A DNA stretch of 64,000 bases from a marine bacterium B5-7 (GCA_021604705.1 BQJM01000001.1:8276-72275), one strand, 5' to 3'; counted from the stretch's first letter, positions 10,310 through 20,489 are shown. Made by a program: numbers and translations. The notes: a model not told the origin generated them from the letters alone.

Positions 10310-11962
10310 ATGGATGAGTTTTTTGTTCGCCTCAGTGCGCGAAAAGGATATGCGATAGAGTTGATGTTGACATCACTCTTTGCAAATCTACTTGCGCTTG
10401 CCAGCCCTCTCTATGTGATTCAAATTTTGCAGCGTTATGTTGCGAATGGTGTTGATGGTACCTTAGTCACACTGACTGTTGGTGTGGTCATTGCCATTAT
10501 CTTAGAATTTCTCTTTCGTATGTTACGTAATCGTTTAGCTTCCGCGGTAAGCTTGTATGCCGATCATGTGTTGGCAACGCGCATTTATTCTATTTTTAAC
10601 TGCGCGAAGTACGATCATGTGAATAGAATAAACAAAAGCGTGCGACAAGAGTTAATGCACAGCCTAGATATGATTCAGAATGCGTATAGCGCACAGAATA
10701 TTTGTACCGTACTGGATTTACCTTTCGCGGTTTTATTTCTATTGATGATTACCTTATTAAGTCCTTGGCTAGCATTAATTGTTTGTGTGGCCATTACCAT
10801 CAGTGTGCTGATGGGGTGGTTGGGGCAACGGCCGATTTCGGGACAAAGCAGAGAATTAAACGAAACGAATATTGCCAAAAACAGTTTAGTTTCTTCTACC
10901 ATTGAGAATGCAGATACGATTCGATTGTTTAATGCCTGGCCTCAATTGCAAAAAGCTTGGGATACCATTACTGGCAAATCTCGTGAATTACGCACTTGGT
11001 TGGAAGGGTACCGTGGCGCATTACAGAATGCATCACAATCTTTGACGGCATTAATGACGGTTGCCATTTATGCGGTGGGTGCCAGATTAGTGGTCGGTGG
11101 GCATTTTGATATTGGTGTCTTAATCGGTACGAATATTTTAGCGGCTAGAGCGCTGATGCCGATGTCACGCTTCGCACAGATGGGTGATAGCTTAGTGCGT
11201 GCACAGCAAGCAGAGCAACGCTTAGCAGATTTGCAACGTTTACCCTTGGAGTTAGTGCGAGGTACGGCAAAACGTAATTATACGGGAAAAATTGTTTTTC
11301 ATGATTGTGCTTTTCAGTATCCTGACATGCCCATGCCTTTGTTTGAATCTCTGTCACTGGAATTAACGCCTGGCAGTATCGTTGCGATAAAAGGCCCGAA
11401 TGCGGCGGGTAAAACCTCCATGGCCAAGCTATTACTTTCTTTGATGGAACCCACACGCGGACAAATTCTTGTTGATGATATTGATCTTCGTCAAGTTTCT
11501 GTTGTTTGGTGGCGTCAGCAAGTGAGTTATTTGCCGCAAGATCTTGCGTTTATGAATGCGAGTTTGCAAGACAATTTAATTGTGACTAATCCTGAGACTG
11601 CGCCGGATGTGCTAAATAAAATGATTGAATTAGCCGATCTTCGGGAATTTATTGATAGTAGTGCCGAAGGCTTGAATACACGCTTGAATGATCACGGCGA
11701 TGCTTTATCGCATGGTATTCGAAAACGGATTGCATTGGCGCGTGCGCTGATGACGCAAGGTAATTTAGTGATCCTGGATGAGCCCATGGATAGCTTGGAT
11801 GAGCAAGGCCAAGCTGCAGTGGTGAATGTCCTTGAGGCACTGAAGCAGCAAGGTAAAACGATTTTATTATTTGGCAACGACGAAAAAACGGTAAATTATG
11901 CAGAAACCATTATCGACCTCTCAAAAAAACCAGTCCCAACGGTTACAAAAACAAACGCTTAG
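10310..11962 (+). CDS. Type I secretion ABC transporter ATPase/permease (PrtD/LssB-like, no N-terminal C39 peptidase domain).
   Basis: Six-TM-like N-terminus, Walker A GPNAAGKTS, ABC signature LSHGIRKRIALARAL, Walker B LVILDEP. Confidence 0.85.
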   Translation: MDEFFVRLSARKGYAIELMLTSLFANLLALASPLYVIQILQRYVANGVDGTLVTLTVGVVIAIILEFLFRMLRNRLASAVSLYADHVLATRIYSIFNCAKYDHVNRINKSVRQELMHSLDMIQNAYSAQNICTVLDLPFAVLFLLMITLLSPWLALIVCVAITISVLMGWLGQRPISGQSRELNETNIAKNSLVSSTIENADTIRLFNAWPQLQKAWDTITGKSRELRTWLEGYRGALQNASQSLTALMTVAIYAVGARLVVGGHFDIGVLIGTNILAARALMPMSRFAQMGDSLVRAQQAEQRLADLQRLPLELVRGTAKRNYTGKIVFHDCAFQYPDMPMPLFESLSLELTPGSIVAIKGPNAAGKTSMAKLLLSLMEPTRGQILVDDIDLRQVSVVWWRQQVSYLPQDLAFMNASLQDNLIVTNPETAPDVLNKMIELADLREFIDSSAEGLNTRLNDHGDALSHGIRKRIALARALMTQGNLVILDEPMDSLDEQGQAAVVNVLEALKQQGKTILLFGNDEKTVNYAETIIDLSKKPVPTVTKTNA

Positions 11963-13292
11963 ATCGGTCTGGCGTTGGTTGTTGGGTGAGCCATCTGAAG
12001 AAGATGGCGAGGGTAGCCTGCGCGTTGATGACGTCAAACGCGGGACACACTTATTCCTAGCCTTATTGGTTGCATTGTGTGTTTGTTTCTTGTTATGGGC
12101 GGTCTTCGGGCAGCTCGATATTGCAAGCCTCGCGCAAGGCGAAGTCGTACCAAGTTCTAAAATAAAACATGTGCAACATCTAGAAGGTGGGATTGTTAAA
12201 AAAATCTTGGTGAAAGATGGTGAGAAGGTGACGATGGGGCAACCATTAGTGGTGCTAGAGTCGACGGCTTCTGGTGCGGATGTGCATCAAATACAAGTAC
12301 AGTTAGCCTCGTTAAAACTGAATCAAGCACGTTTAAATGCAGAACTGAATGGCTTAGATACGCCGAATTTTCCATTGGATTTAGTTAAGCAGCACCCTAG
12401 GTCGGCTGAGCAAGCGAAAAAGCATTTTGATTTTAGGATGAAGAACATTAAAAATAAAAAAACCAGTCAGCATGAACAGGTTGAACAGCGCGAAGCGGAA
12501 CTTGAAGAAATCAAAGCACGGTTGAATAATTTGAAAAAGGCCTTAGTGCTTTCGAAGGAACAAGTCACGATTTCTGAAGAATTGTTAAAAGAAGATTTAA
12601 CCAACCGTTACAATCACATTGATTTATTGCGTGAGTCGAATGCGTTAGAAAGTCGCATTCAAGAAGACACCGCTGTGTTGAAAAAAGCAGAATCGACATT
12701 GAGCGAAGAGAAATCAGATTTATCGGGTATTGATAATACGTTCAAAGAGGACGTTACTAAAAGCTTGACGGAAACACGACAAAAAATTAATGAGTTGACG
12801 CAGCAGTTGGCAAAATATAGCGACAATTTACAGCGTACGACGATTATCTCACCGGTTGAAGGTGTGGTGAAAGAGTTATTTGTGAGTTCAAGAGGGCAGG
12901 TCGTCAAAGCGGGTGAAACCGTGTTAGATATCATTCCTTCTGGTGATCAACTTGTGATTGAAGCGCGCTTGCCTGTGCAAGATGTGGGTTATATTGAGGT
13001 AGGACAGAAGGCTATTATTCGTTTAGCATCTGGCGATGCGACACGCTTTAATCATCTAGAAGGTGAGGTCGTATTTATTAGCCCGGATACCATTACTCAA
13101 CCAGAACAAGATCCTTATTACCGTGTGCGTGTGGTCACGGAAAGTGATCACTTTAAAGGGCGTGGATTGAAATACCAATTGTATCCCGGTATTCAGGTGT
13201 CTGTAAGTATTATCACGGGTTCACGTTCTATTATGGCTTACCTCTTAGATCCATTTATTGGCGCAATGCGTACCGCGTTGAACGAACGTTAA
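11898..13292 (+). CDS. HlyD-family periplasmic adaptor (membrane fusion protein) of the type I secretion system.
   Basis: Single N-terminal TM, long coiled-coil, C-terminal beta domain; overlaps the ABC gene end by about 65 nt. Confidence 0.8.
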   Translation: MQKPLSTSQKNQSQRLQKQTLRSVWRWLLGEPSEEDGEGSLRVDDVKRGTHLFLALLVALCVCFLLWAVFGQLDIASLAQGEVVPSSKIKHVQHLEGGIVKKILVKDGEKVTMGQPLVVLESTASGADVHQIQVQLASLKLNQARLNAELNGLDTPNFPLDLVKQHPRSAEQAKKHFDFRMKNIKNKKTSQHEQVEQREAELEEIKARLNNLKKALVLSKEQVTISEELLKEDLTNRYNHIDLLRESNALESRIQEDTAVLKKAESTLSEEKSDLSGIDNTFKEDVTKSLTETRQKINELTQQLAKYSDNLQRTTIISPVEGVVKELFVSSRGQVVKAGETVLDIIPSGDQLVIEARLPVQDVGYIEVGQKAIIRLASGDATRFNHLEGEVVFISPDTITQPEQDPYYRVRVVTESDHFKGRGLKYQLYPGIQVSVSIITGSRSIMAYLLDPFIGAMRTALNER

Positions 13293-13310
13293 GAATTCGC
13301 ACAAAAAAGG

Positions 13311-13336
13311 GCCCCAGGGGGGCCCAACTGCAAGGA
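13311..13336. terminator. Hairpin GGGCCCCAGGGGGGCCC preceded by an A-run. Terminator for the convergent RTX gene and a weaker one for hlyD.
   Basis: Seen in sequence between the convergent genes. Confidence 0.6.
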
Positions 13337-13346
13337 AAGACTAGGG

Positions 13347-16300
13347 TTAACCACCACCATCAGTGAAGACGTTTGCATTTAAGTCGTTAACGTTATTGCT
13401 CAAGTTGTCAGACTCGATGGTTGCGGTGACATTTCCTTCTGAATCTTTAAAGATGATTTGTCCACCTGATAAATCATTGTCTTTACCATCATCTGTTGAG
13501 AAAAAGCCCTCTAAAGTAACGGAATTTCCCTCAGAATAGGTGAGCACCAAATCATTTGCATCTTCCTGTGATAAGCTCGCAGTGATTTGTCCTTTCGTTA
13601 AGCCAATAAACGTCACGTCATCTTGGCCATTATTATAAGCAGCTGAAATCGTATCGTTTCCGAAGTCACCTTCAAAAATAAAATTATCGTCGCCAACTTC
13701 AGCAGTTTCTGAAACAAGACCCGTGAAGGTATCGTTGTTTGCACCATCTCCGTTACCAGTACCTGCAGGACCACCTAGATAAGCGACGCTATCTTTTGTT
13801 GCATCAGCCCAAGGGTTACCACTGCCGAGTTCTTGATTGACTGTTTCAAGGCTGCCATCGTAGTCAAAAGAGCCATCAGCAATTTTACTCCGAACACCAT
13901 TTTCACCAAAGAAGTCTAAAATGGTGATAACGTTATTATCTTGGTCGCCTGCAAATCTTAACTCAAGGTGGTTATTGTCTGGGCTAGAAAACGCTAAGAT
14001 ATCTGCGCTGCTGTTTGCTCCGTGGAACAGTAGGTTGTGTCCTGTGCCTGTCGATAAATCTAAGGTGATGTTACCGATGTCGCCATCAAGAAAGTTGATC
14101 TCAATAGTTTCATTGTCACCATTGGTTTCAAATGTTCGATCGTTGTTATCAGGTGCTGCGCCAATTTCTACGTCGGGAGCTCCCTGTTGCTCACCTTCAC
14201 CTTCACCTTGTGGTTCACCACCGCCGTTACCTTGATTTATATCTAATATATCCTGAGGAAGATTGCTTGGTTGAATGTATTCAAGGTTGTCAGGCACTTC
14301 ACTATCAGTCGCGCCTAACCAAGCGATAGTGTTAGCATCTCCCATGTTATTACTGTCAGGAATGATGGTTAATACTTTTAGCGCTGAATGCGTTGGTGCA
14401 TTGGCATCTTCTGCTGAGTAATAATTTTTGAATGTCACACTAGTATTGGCGTTGCCATAGGTGAAGACTAAGTCATGAGAGTTCTCACCGCTTTTTGTTG
14501 CACTCAGGTCGCCGGGTAGGATGTTGAGGAAATTCACGTTAATCGTGCTACCGACAGTCTGTGGGTTAATCGTGATATCGCCAATGTCGCTGGAGAAGTC
14601 GATGTTAAAAGTGTAGTTGCCATCAGCATCGTCACGTGCCTCCACCGTGTCATCGTGACCAATGTTTACCGTGAAGGGTTCGCTTGGCTCTGGGCTTGGC
14701 TCTGGAGTTGGCTCTGGAGTTGGCTCTGGGCTTGGCTCTGGGCTTGGCTCTGGAGTTGGCTCTGGGCTTGGCTCTGGTTCACCAAGTTCTTGGTTTGCTT
14801 CTATTTGCGTGGCGACTTCTGCCAAGGTTGCGGTTGAGTCATCTTGGAAAGTAAACGTCAAACCTTGATGATCCTGTGCATCATCAATACTAATGCTGCT
14901 ACCATCGCTAAAGAAAATAGTTTGACCGCCATCTTCATTGTTGTTAACCGACTGTAGATCTGAAATATCTCGATCTGCCAAGTCAATGGTATCATTACCA
15001 GAAGACTCTTCTGAAAATTGGAAAGCTTTATTGCCAAAATTACCGCTTAAAATAATGGTATCATCACCTTCTCCGCCAATGATGGTATCATCACCCGCGC
15101 CGGGTATAATGGTGTCGTTACCCTCACCACCAATGATAATGTCAGCGCCAGATGTACCCGTGATAGTATCATTACCATTACCACCGACAAGAAAAGTACC
15201 GCTGTGACTCTCAGTGGGGGTGAAGCCGCTGTAATCAATCGTACTACCACCATCTTCAGCTAGCACAATAATTTGTGTGCTACCCTCAGGACGACCACCT
15301 TCAGTAAAATTATTTTCCTCTGTGATGTTAATAGTGGTATCGTTGAGAGTAAAGAATATCTTATCAAGTGCTGCTGTATTGACAGTGAGTGATGGGTCTC
15401 CCACTACGTCACTGGGGTCTAAACCATTAAAGACTTCGATTGTTTCACTATTATCTGCACCGCGCGTTAATACGAATTGATGGTTATCCCAGTTTTCAAA
15501 CAACACGGTGTCATTTTCTCCAAGACCATTAATGTCGATATTGCCAGACACAACATCTTTTTCAATCGTGAATACGTGATTGTCTTCAGTACTCGTATAA
15601 GTCGTTGCCTCTAAAATCTTTGTTGAGTTTTCTTCATCGATGACGACCTCTTGGAATAAACTTTCTAAGTTTTGTATGCCGGCTCTAAAATAATCACCAG
15701 GGTTATAGTGAGAAGAGCTATCATGATCATCCCAGCGATCTTTGTCATTGTCTTCTCTCTTAAGGTAATGATCTTTCATGTCTTCGAAATAGTGATCTTT
15801 ACTCTCGAATTCTGTTTGGATAAGTTTACCTGCGAAGTCGCCAAGGGTGTTGTAAAGATCATCCAAGAATGGCATTGGCTCAAAGCCTATTTCGCCAGGA
15901 TCCATACCAGGCGGCATCCAAGGGAGATCTCCTTCTATGCCGGGACCCATACCAGGATTCCAAGGTTCATGTCCGCCCATGCCCATACCCATACCAGGAT
16001 TCCAAGGTTCATGTCCGCCCATAGAAGGATCCCAATGAGGTTCTCCAGACTCTCCAAAGAATCCGCCTTTCTGAATCATATCGGTCATGCCGCCTTTGAA
16101 AGGATCAAAGCTCGCATCGAACCAATCGTCATTGCTATGTTGCCAATTAGCATCGCCGGGCATAAAGCCTTTGTGATCACCGGGCATATGATTAGACATC
16201 ATGTCGTACAGAGCTTTCGAACCCATATTCATGTCATGGGTCATACCTTCCGGCATGTTTGTCATCATGTCGTGGAACTCAGGGGGCATATTATCCATGT

Positions 16301-16889
16301 AATCATTTGTATATTGATTCGCAAATTCATGCGCAAGCGGATCCAAGTTTTGCATGAAGTTATTTTTCATGTGAGTCTGGAATTCTGGCATGTTTTTTTC
16401 GAACTGTTCTCTGAATTGATCTGCAAACTCAGGCATCTCATTTAAGTCTATCTTATGTTTTTCAGCGGTTTTTGTGAGTGCTTGATTAAATAAATCGTCT
16501 ACCGTTTTTTCATTAAACATGCCGTCCACAGTGTTCCATGCGGCTTCTTTGATATCATGCGCGGCTTTATTGTGAAGGTTTTGCATGAAGGCAGGTAATT
16601 CTGTTGCATCAGCATCACCAGCAGTCGTCGGCGCATTGTCTACATTCGCTTCAGCATGTTCCGCAGGTGCTTGACCAGCTTGGGGGTGTTCGCCTGCCTG
16701 AGGCGCTTGTTCCTTAGCGATGGGTTGATCTTCGTCGCCGTGGATTTCATTAGTTGCCGCATTATCATGGGGCTCTAAATGTTCTTGAGGCCCAAGTTGA
16801 TGGTCATCAACATCTCGATCATTCGACACCTTGTTATTTGCCGCATTGTTGTTTGCAGCACCAGTGTTGTCTTGCTCAGCCATGATCAT
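13347..16889 (-). CDS. Large RTX (repeats-in-toxin) calcium-binding protein and probable type I secretion substrate. Acidic N-terminus, Met/His/Pro/Gly-rich segment, GGxGxD nonapeptide block, (PEPS/PEPT)n linker, C-terminal repeated beta-roll-like modules.
   Basis: GGNGNDTITGTSGADIIIGGEGNDTIIPGAGDDTIIGGEGDDTIIL (aa 568-615); EPEPSPEPTPEPSPEPSPEPTPEPTPEPSPEP (aa 703-737); Met-rich aa 160-345. Convergent to the T1SS genes. The SD AGGAGA abuts the first ATG, so the ATG 6 nt downstream (about 16883) is the more likely start. Confidence 0.85.
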   Translation of the reverse strand: MIMAEQDNTGAANNNAANNKVSNDRDVDDHQLGPQEHLEPHDNAATNEIHGDEDQPIAKEQAPQAGEHPQAGQAPAEHAEANVDNAPTTAGDADATELPAFMQNLHNKAAHDIKEAAWNTVDGMFNEKTVDDLFNQALTKTAEKHKIDLNEMPEFADQFREQFEKNMPEFQTHMKNNFMQNLDPLAHEFANQYTNDYMDNMPPEFHDMMTNMPEGMTHDMNMGSKALYDMMSNHMPGDHKGFMPGDANWQHSNDDWFDASFDPFKGGMTDMIQKGGFFGESGEPHWDPSMGGHEPWNPGMGMGMGGHEPWNPGMGPGIEGDLPWMPPGMDPGEIGFEPMPFLDDLYNTLGDFAGKLIQTEFESKDHYFEDMKDHYLKREDNDKDRWDDHDSSSHYNPGDYFRAGIQNLESLFQEVVIDEENSTKILEATTYTSTEDNHVFTIEKDVVSGNIDINGLGENDTVLFENWDNHQFVLTRGADNSETIEVFNGLDPSDVVGDPSLTVNTAALDKIFFTLNDTTINITEENNFTEGGRPEGSTQIIVLAEDGGSTIDYSGFTPTESHSGTFLVGGNGNDTITGTSGADIIIGGEGNDTIIPGAGDDTIIGGEGDDTIILSGNFGNKAFQFSEESSGNDTIDLADRDISDLQSVNNNEDGGQTIFFSDGSSISIDDAQDHQGLTFTFQDDSTATLAEVATQIEANQELGEPEPSPEPTPEPSPEPSPEPTPEPTPEPSPEPSEPFTVNIGHDDTVEARDDADGNYTFNIDFSSDIGDITINPQTVGSTINVNFLNILPGDLSATKSGENSHDLVFTYGNANTSVTFKNYYSAEDANAPTHSALKVLTIIPDSNNMGDANTIAWLGATDSEVPDNLEYIQPSNLPQDILDINQGNGGGEPQGEGEGEQQGAPDVEIGAAPDNNDRTFETNGDNETIEINFLDGDIGNITLDLSTGTGHNLLFHGANSSADILAFSSPDNNHLELRFAGDQDNNVITILDFFGENGVRSKIADGSFDYDGSLETVNQELGSGNPWADATKDSVAYLGGPAGTGNGDGANNDTFTGLVSETAEVGDDNFIFEGDFGNDTISAAYNNGQDDVTFIGLTKGQITASLSQEDANDLVLTYSEGNSVTLEGFFSTDDGKDNDLSGGQIIFKDSEGNVTATIESDNLSNNVNDLNANVFTDGGG
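14688..14782. repeat. Tandem 12-nt DNA repeat (CTTGGCTCTGGG/GTTGGCTCTGGA, about 8 copies) encoding the PEPS/PEPT linker of the RTX protein.
   Basis: Seen directly; the plus-strand ORF GSGLGSGVGSG is its mirror artefact. Confidence 0.85.
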
Positions 16890-17087
16890 TCTCCTTGATT
16901 CAACATATTTACTCAGCTTACGAGTAATTGTAGAAGGCTACAGATAGATTGCCAGAGGAAACTTGTCTTAAGTAGATTAAGGCATTACAAAAAAGGTAAT
17001 ACCCATGCTTGAGCAGTACATATTGTAAGCATTCTCTCTATGGGGTACGATGAGCGCTGAGAATAAATATTAGGTGGGGGTGCATAA

Positions 17088-19556
17088 GTGGGTCACGACG
17101 CTACTAAAAAGCAGAAAAAACAGGTGAGACTGCGGAAGCTTGAGCATTATGCAAAAGAAGGTGGAGAACCTAACCTCGAGCCCATCGGCCTTCCTCTGAA
17201 AACGCTAAGAGAATTAATTGATAAGCATTACTCGGCCAGTGCTCGCAGGTCTCATAGCTCTTCTAATCCTTTGTTGGCTAGCGCGAAGTTGTACCAGGAT
17301 TGGAGTGCCAAGGGAGAACTCGAGTTATTGGCGTTCATATTGCTATATCATCCTGATAACCATGATTCACAAAAATCTTTCCTTGAAAAATGTCAGGAGC
17401 TGGTGCTGCAGGATATTCAAACCTGCATATTGGCGCTTGAAGCTGATCCTAATACTAATACCTCACTGGCAAAACAGATAAGCGGTATAAAATCCTTGTA
17501 CAACGATCACGATGGTATAAGCGCATGCTATGAATACCTGAGCAAATTACAGGGGCGAAAAATATATTGGACGTTTAGCGGTGGGGCTGATAAAGAGGCT
17601 GCTAGTAGAGCGTTGGTTTCGTCCATTCACACCAAGCTCGGCCTCAATGAAGAGGTAACAACAGCAGAATCTACGTCGTTAGCTGAATTAACACCGCTGT
17701 CCGATGTAGCAAGACACTGGCGGTACTTGCTGAGATGGGTGAAAAAACTCGATAAGAACCTAGATGCTTTATGGACAACTGGTTTGCTGCAAGAGTCCGT
17801 GCAGAAACGCATTGTGCCTTGGCGTAACCAGCTGCATGAGATGCTTGATGAAATGCATGGCTGTTTACTCGAATTAAAATATAACGCACTTTCTGTGCTG
17901 AGGCCTATGCTGGAGGAATCTGTTGAGGCGTTAGGCCTGAAGCCTGAGCAACCTTTCCAAAAAGATTTAAAGCGACTAAGTTCTGACGCAAGCAAGTTTT
18001 ATGTCGCCTATATAAAAGCAAAGCGTATCCACCAACAATATCTTTCCAAAAAAGCAGAGCTGGCATCATGTCAGGACACTTCTAAGCGAGATATTTCGTA
18101 TCCAGCCACTGATCTTCAGATTGAGGAACTTGAGTGTGCGCTACAGCGGGACGAATACAAAAATAGTGAGAAGCAGCTATTGCTTGCAAAGATCGATTTA
18201 CTTCCCTATGCTGAGCAATGCCTTGCGTTTGAGAAATCAAGAACGCGCGTAACTAAGATATCTTTCTCATCGAAGGATAATGCTTGGGAAAAAATAGAAA
18301 AATCCCTGAAAGCCATTACCGCGAAGAAACTGATTATTGATGTACTCAATCTTGACGCAACGACAATGCCTGATCGAAAACAATACCTCGATAAAATTTG
18401 CAGAGGAATAGAAAATGGTTCTCACGTGATAGGTGAGGCAATACGATGGGTTATTGAAAACAGTCCTTGCGTACTAGATGATGCTCGCCTCACTCATTAT
18501 GCAGAATATATCTACGGCGGCAGGGCGGCGGCATGCCTTGGCGCAGAGATTCACTGGCCTGCCAGCTTTGATCCAGCGTCATCTATCAACTTCATCAAAT
18601 TGAATTTGCAACACGCAATGAAGCTGCGTGAGAAAGTGCTTCTCGACAGTGCGCTTGCTGTCTCGTTGGCGGATCAAAGTTGTTTGTACCATCAGCTGAA
18701 TGAGATGGAAGCCCCAGAGGGAGATGATTTGTTCTATAGGAACCAAGCTAAGATCGAGCCGAAGGTCTTAGCGTTGGAGGATGTGTCAGCACAGATTAAG
18801 GTGCTCTCGACAACTATTGAGTCGCACACTAAGCTGGCTTTGAAATGGCAACTTCAGTATGTTCGTCAGCGGAGAATGCAGCTTGGGCAGCAGCATCAAA
18901 GTGACGATCAGACGCTAAGGCAAACACCTGCACAACAGGAAACAAGTGAGGAGCAGAGGCTTCCATCACAGGAAGAAGCTCACGAACAGACGCAGCAAAC
19001 ATCTATGCCGATGTTAGAGCAACAGCAACAGCAACAGCAACAGGAAGAAACGCCCGAGCAAACGCAATACAAGCAGCGCTTGCAATCGCTATTACAGGCG
19101 GGTCTAAAAAGCCTGAGAAAATATATCACCAGTCGGGATTATTATGATGAAAACGGTAGCCTTACATGGTTAGGTTTTTGGAAAGGGGCTTGGCTGCGGA
19201 ACACCATACTCACGAAAGCGAAATTGAAATTGGCAAAATCAGCTGTTGGAACACTGACTTCATTGAGCGAGGGTGACACCGCTGAAACCTTGGCGAAGAC
19301 GATCCACAACACGTTTGAGGACTTAAGCACAAAACATACCACGCTTGAGCATGATGGCCCCGAGGATTCGAGTGAGCACAACTTGACCGGTTGTTGGGCT
19401 TTTTGGTCCGCAAAACGGTGCGGCGCTAAGCCTTACCATCGCGCGTCCTTTTTCGCTACGAGCCATTTAGGGCGATTGACAGCAGAAAATCTCAAGCAAG
19501 CTCGGGCGAATATGCCCCAAGACACTACTACAGCGCCTTATACCCCCACTGGCTGA
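17088..19556 (+). CDS. 822-aa hypothetical protein with a polyQ tract (QQQQQQQQ) and helical/coiled regions. Candidate secreted effector, divergent from the RTX gene.
   Basis: Long ORF, GTG start with upstream GGTGGGGG RBS, no recognisable enzymatic motif. Confidence 0.55.
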   Translation: MGHDATKKQKKQVRLRKLEHYAKEGGEPNLEPIGLPLKTLRELIDKHYSASARRSHSSSNPLLASAKLYQDWSAKGELELLAFILLYHPDNHDSQKSFLEKCQELVLQDIQTCILALEADPNTNTSLAKQISGIKSLYNDHDGISACYEYLSKLQGRKIYWTFSGGADKEAASRALVSSIHTKLGLNEEVTTAESTSLAELTPLSDVARHWRYLLRWVKKLDKNLDALWTTGLLQESVQKRIVPWRNQLHEMLDEMHGCLLELKYNALSVLRPMLEESVEALGLKPEQPFQKDLKRLSSDASKFYVAYIKAKRIHQQYLSKKAELASCQDTSKRDISYPATDLQIEELECALQRDEYKNSEKQLLLAKIDLLPYAEQCLAFEKSRTRVTKISFSSKDNAWEKIEKSLKAITAKKLIIDVLNLDATTMPDRKQYLDKICRGIENGSHVIGEAIRWVIENSPCVLDDARLTHYAEYIYGGRAAACLGAEIHWPASFDPASSINFIKLNLQHAMKLREKVLLDSALAVSLADQSCLYHQLNEMEAPEGDDLFYRNQAKIEPKVLALEDVSAQIKVLSTTIESHTKLALKWQLQYVRQRRMQLGQQHQSDDQTLRQTPAQQETSEEQRLPSQEEAHEQTQQTSMPMLEQQQQQQQQEETPEQTQYKQRLQSLLQAGLKSLRKYITSRDYYDENGSLTWLGFWKGAWLRNTILTKAKLKLAKSAVGTLTSLSEGDTAETLAKTIHNTFEDLSTKHTTLEHDGPEDSSEHNLTGCWAFWSAKRCGAKPYHRASFFATSHLGRLTAENLKQARANMPQDTTTAPYTPTG

Positions 19557-19599
19557 CAAAAATAGCCGCTTTCACACTGAATTGGCGGCTTTTCCCCTT

Positions 19600-19632
19600 G
19601 ACTTTTTCCCTTGACTCTAGGAAAATCGGCCG
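19600..19632 (+). promoter_or_regulatory. Possible promoter (TTGACT-17-GAAAAT; direct repeat CCCTTGACT) for the tRNA-Tyr/Gly/Thr/Trp-secE cluster.
   Basis: Hexamers seen; weak -10. Confidence 0.3.
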
Positions 19633-19641
19633 TTCCGTTGG

Positions 19642-19723
19642 GGAGGGGTGCCCGAGTGGTTAAAGGGGGCAGACTGTAAATCTGTTAGCTTCGCTTACGT
19701 AGGTTCGAATCCTACTCCCTCCA
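19642..19723 (+). tRNA. tRNA-Tyr (GUA), long variable arm.
   Basis: GGAGGGGTGCCCGAGTGG...anticodon loop ACTGTAAATC...GGTTCGAATCC. Confidence 0.85.
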
Positions 19724-19778
19724 TTTTGCTTTTTTTAGGCAAAAAAACAGCGGAAAAAGTGAGTTGTTTGCTTGTTAT

Positions 19779-19852
<74 letters not shown>

Positions 19853-19908
19853 ATAGCGAGTGGTGTCGTGGGTTAGGGATGACGAATGCAGAGCGTTTGT
19901 CGCGCCTA

Positions 19909-19981
<73 letters not shown>

Positions 19982-20007
19982 CAACGCTTAGTGGGGCAAA
20001 CAAGTTT

Positions 20008-20083
20008 AGGCCAGTAGCTCAATTGGCAGAGCGGCGGTCTCCAAAACCGCAGGTTGGGGGTTCGATCCCCTCCTGGCCTGCCA
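20008..20083 (+). tRNA. tRNA-Trp (CCA).
   Basis: AGGCCAGTAGCTCAATTGGCAGAGC...CTCCAAAAC...GGTTCGATCCCC, CCA encoded. Confidence 0.85.
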
Positions 20084-20111
20084 GATATGGCGTGTTAAGG
20101 GTATATATAGT

Positions 20112-20489
20112 ATGGCGACAAGAACGACAAATTCGACTACACCTTGGGACACGCTGCGCTGGCTGATCGTTGCGGTGCTGCTGATCGGCGGCATTGTGGC
20201 AAATGTTCACTTTTCTGCGCAACCCTTTTTGTGGCGCTTAGGCGCGGGGGTGGGCATTACCATCGTAAGTGCTGTGTTTGCATTGCAAACGGCGCACGGA
20301 AAAATCGCTTGGCAATTTTTAAAGGATGCGCGTATGGAAGTACGACGTATCATTTGGCCTACACGTCAACAAGTGATGCAAAGTACCTTAATGGTTGTGG
20401 TGATGGTGATTGTATTGTCAATTATTTTATGGGGTATCGATTCGATTATGATTCGACTCGCAAGTTGGTTAACGGGGCAAGGGGGCTAA
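20112..20489 (+). CDS. secE: Preprotein translocase subunit SecE.
   Basis: C-terminus [12 protein letters not shown]...[12 protein letters not shown] matches the SecE conserved region. Confidence 0.9.
   Translation: MATRTTNSTTPWDTLRWLIVAVLLIGGIVANVHFSAQPFLWRLGAGVGITIVSAVFALQTAHGKIAWQFLKDARMEVRRIIWPTRQQVMQSTLMVVVMVIVLSIILWGIDSIMIRLASWLTGQGG

Noticed and set aside
14662-14868. ORF encoding GSGLGSGVGSG repeats, and the WLWAWLW ORF at 14655-14837.
   Set aside because: Opposite-strand readings of the PEPS-encoding tandem repeat inside the RTX gene.
15672-16445. 257-aa His/Ile-rich ORF on the plus strand.
   Set aside because: Antisense to the Met/His-rich segment of the RTX gene. No RBS; composition mirrors the sense strand.
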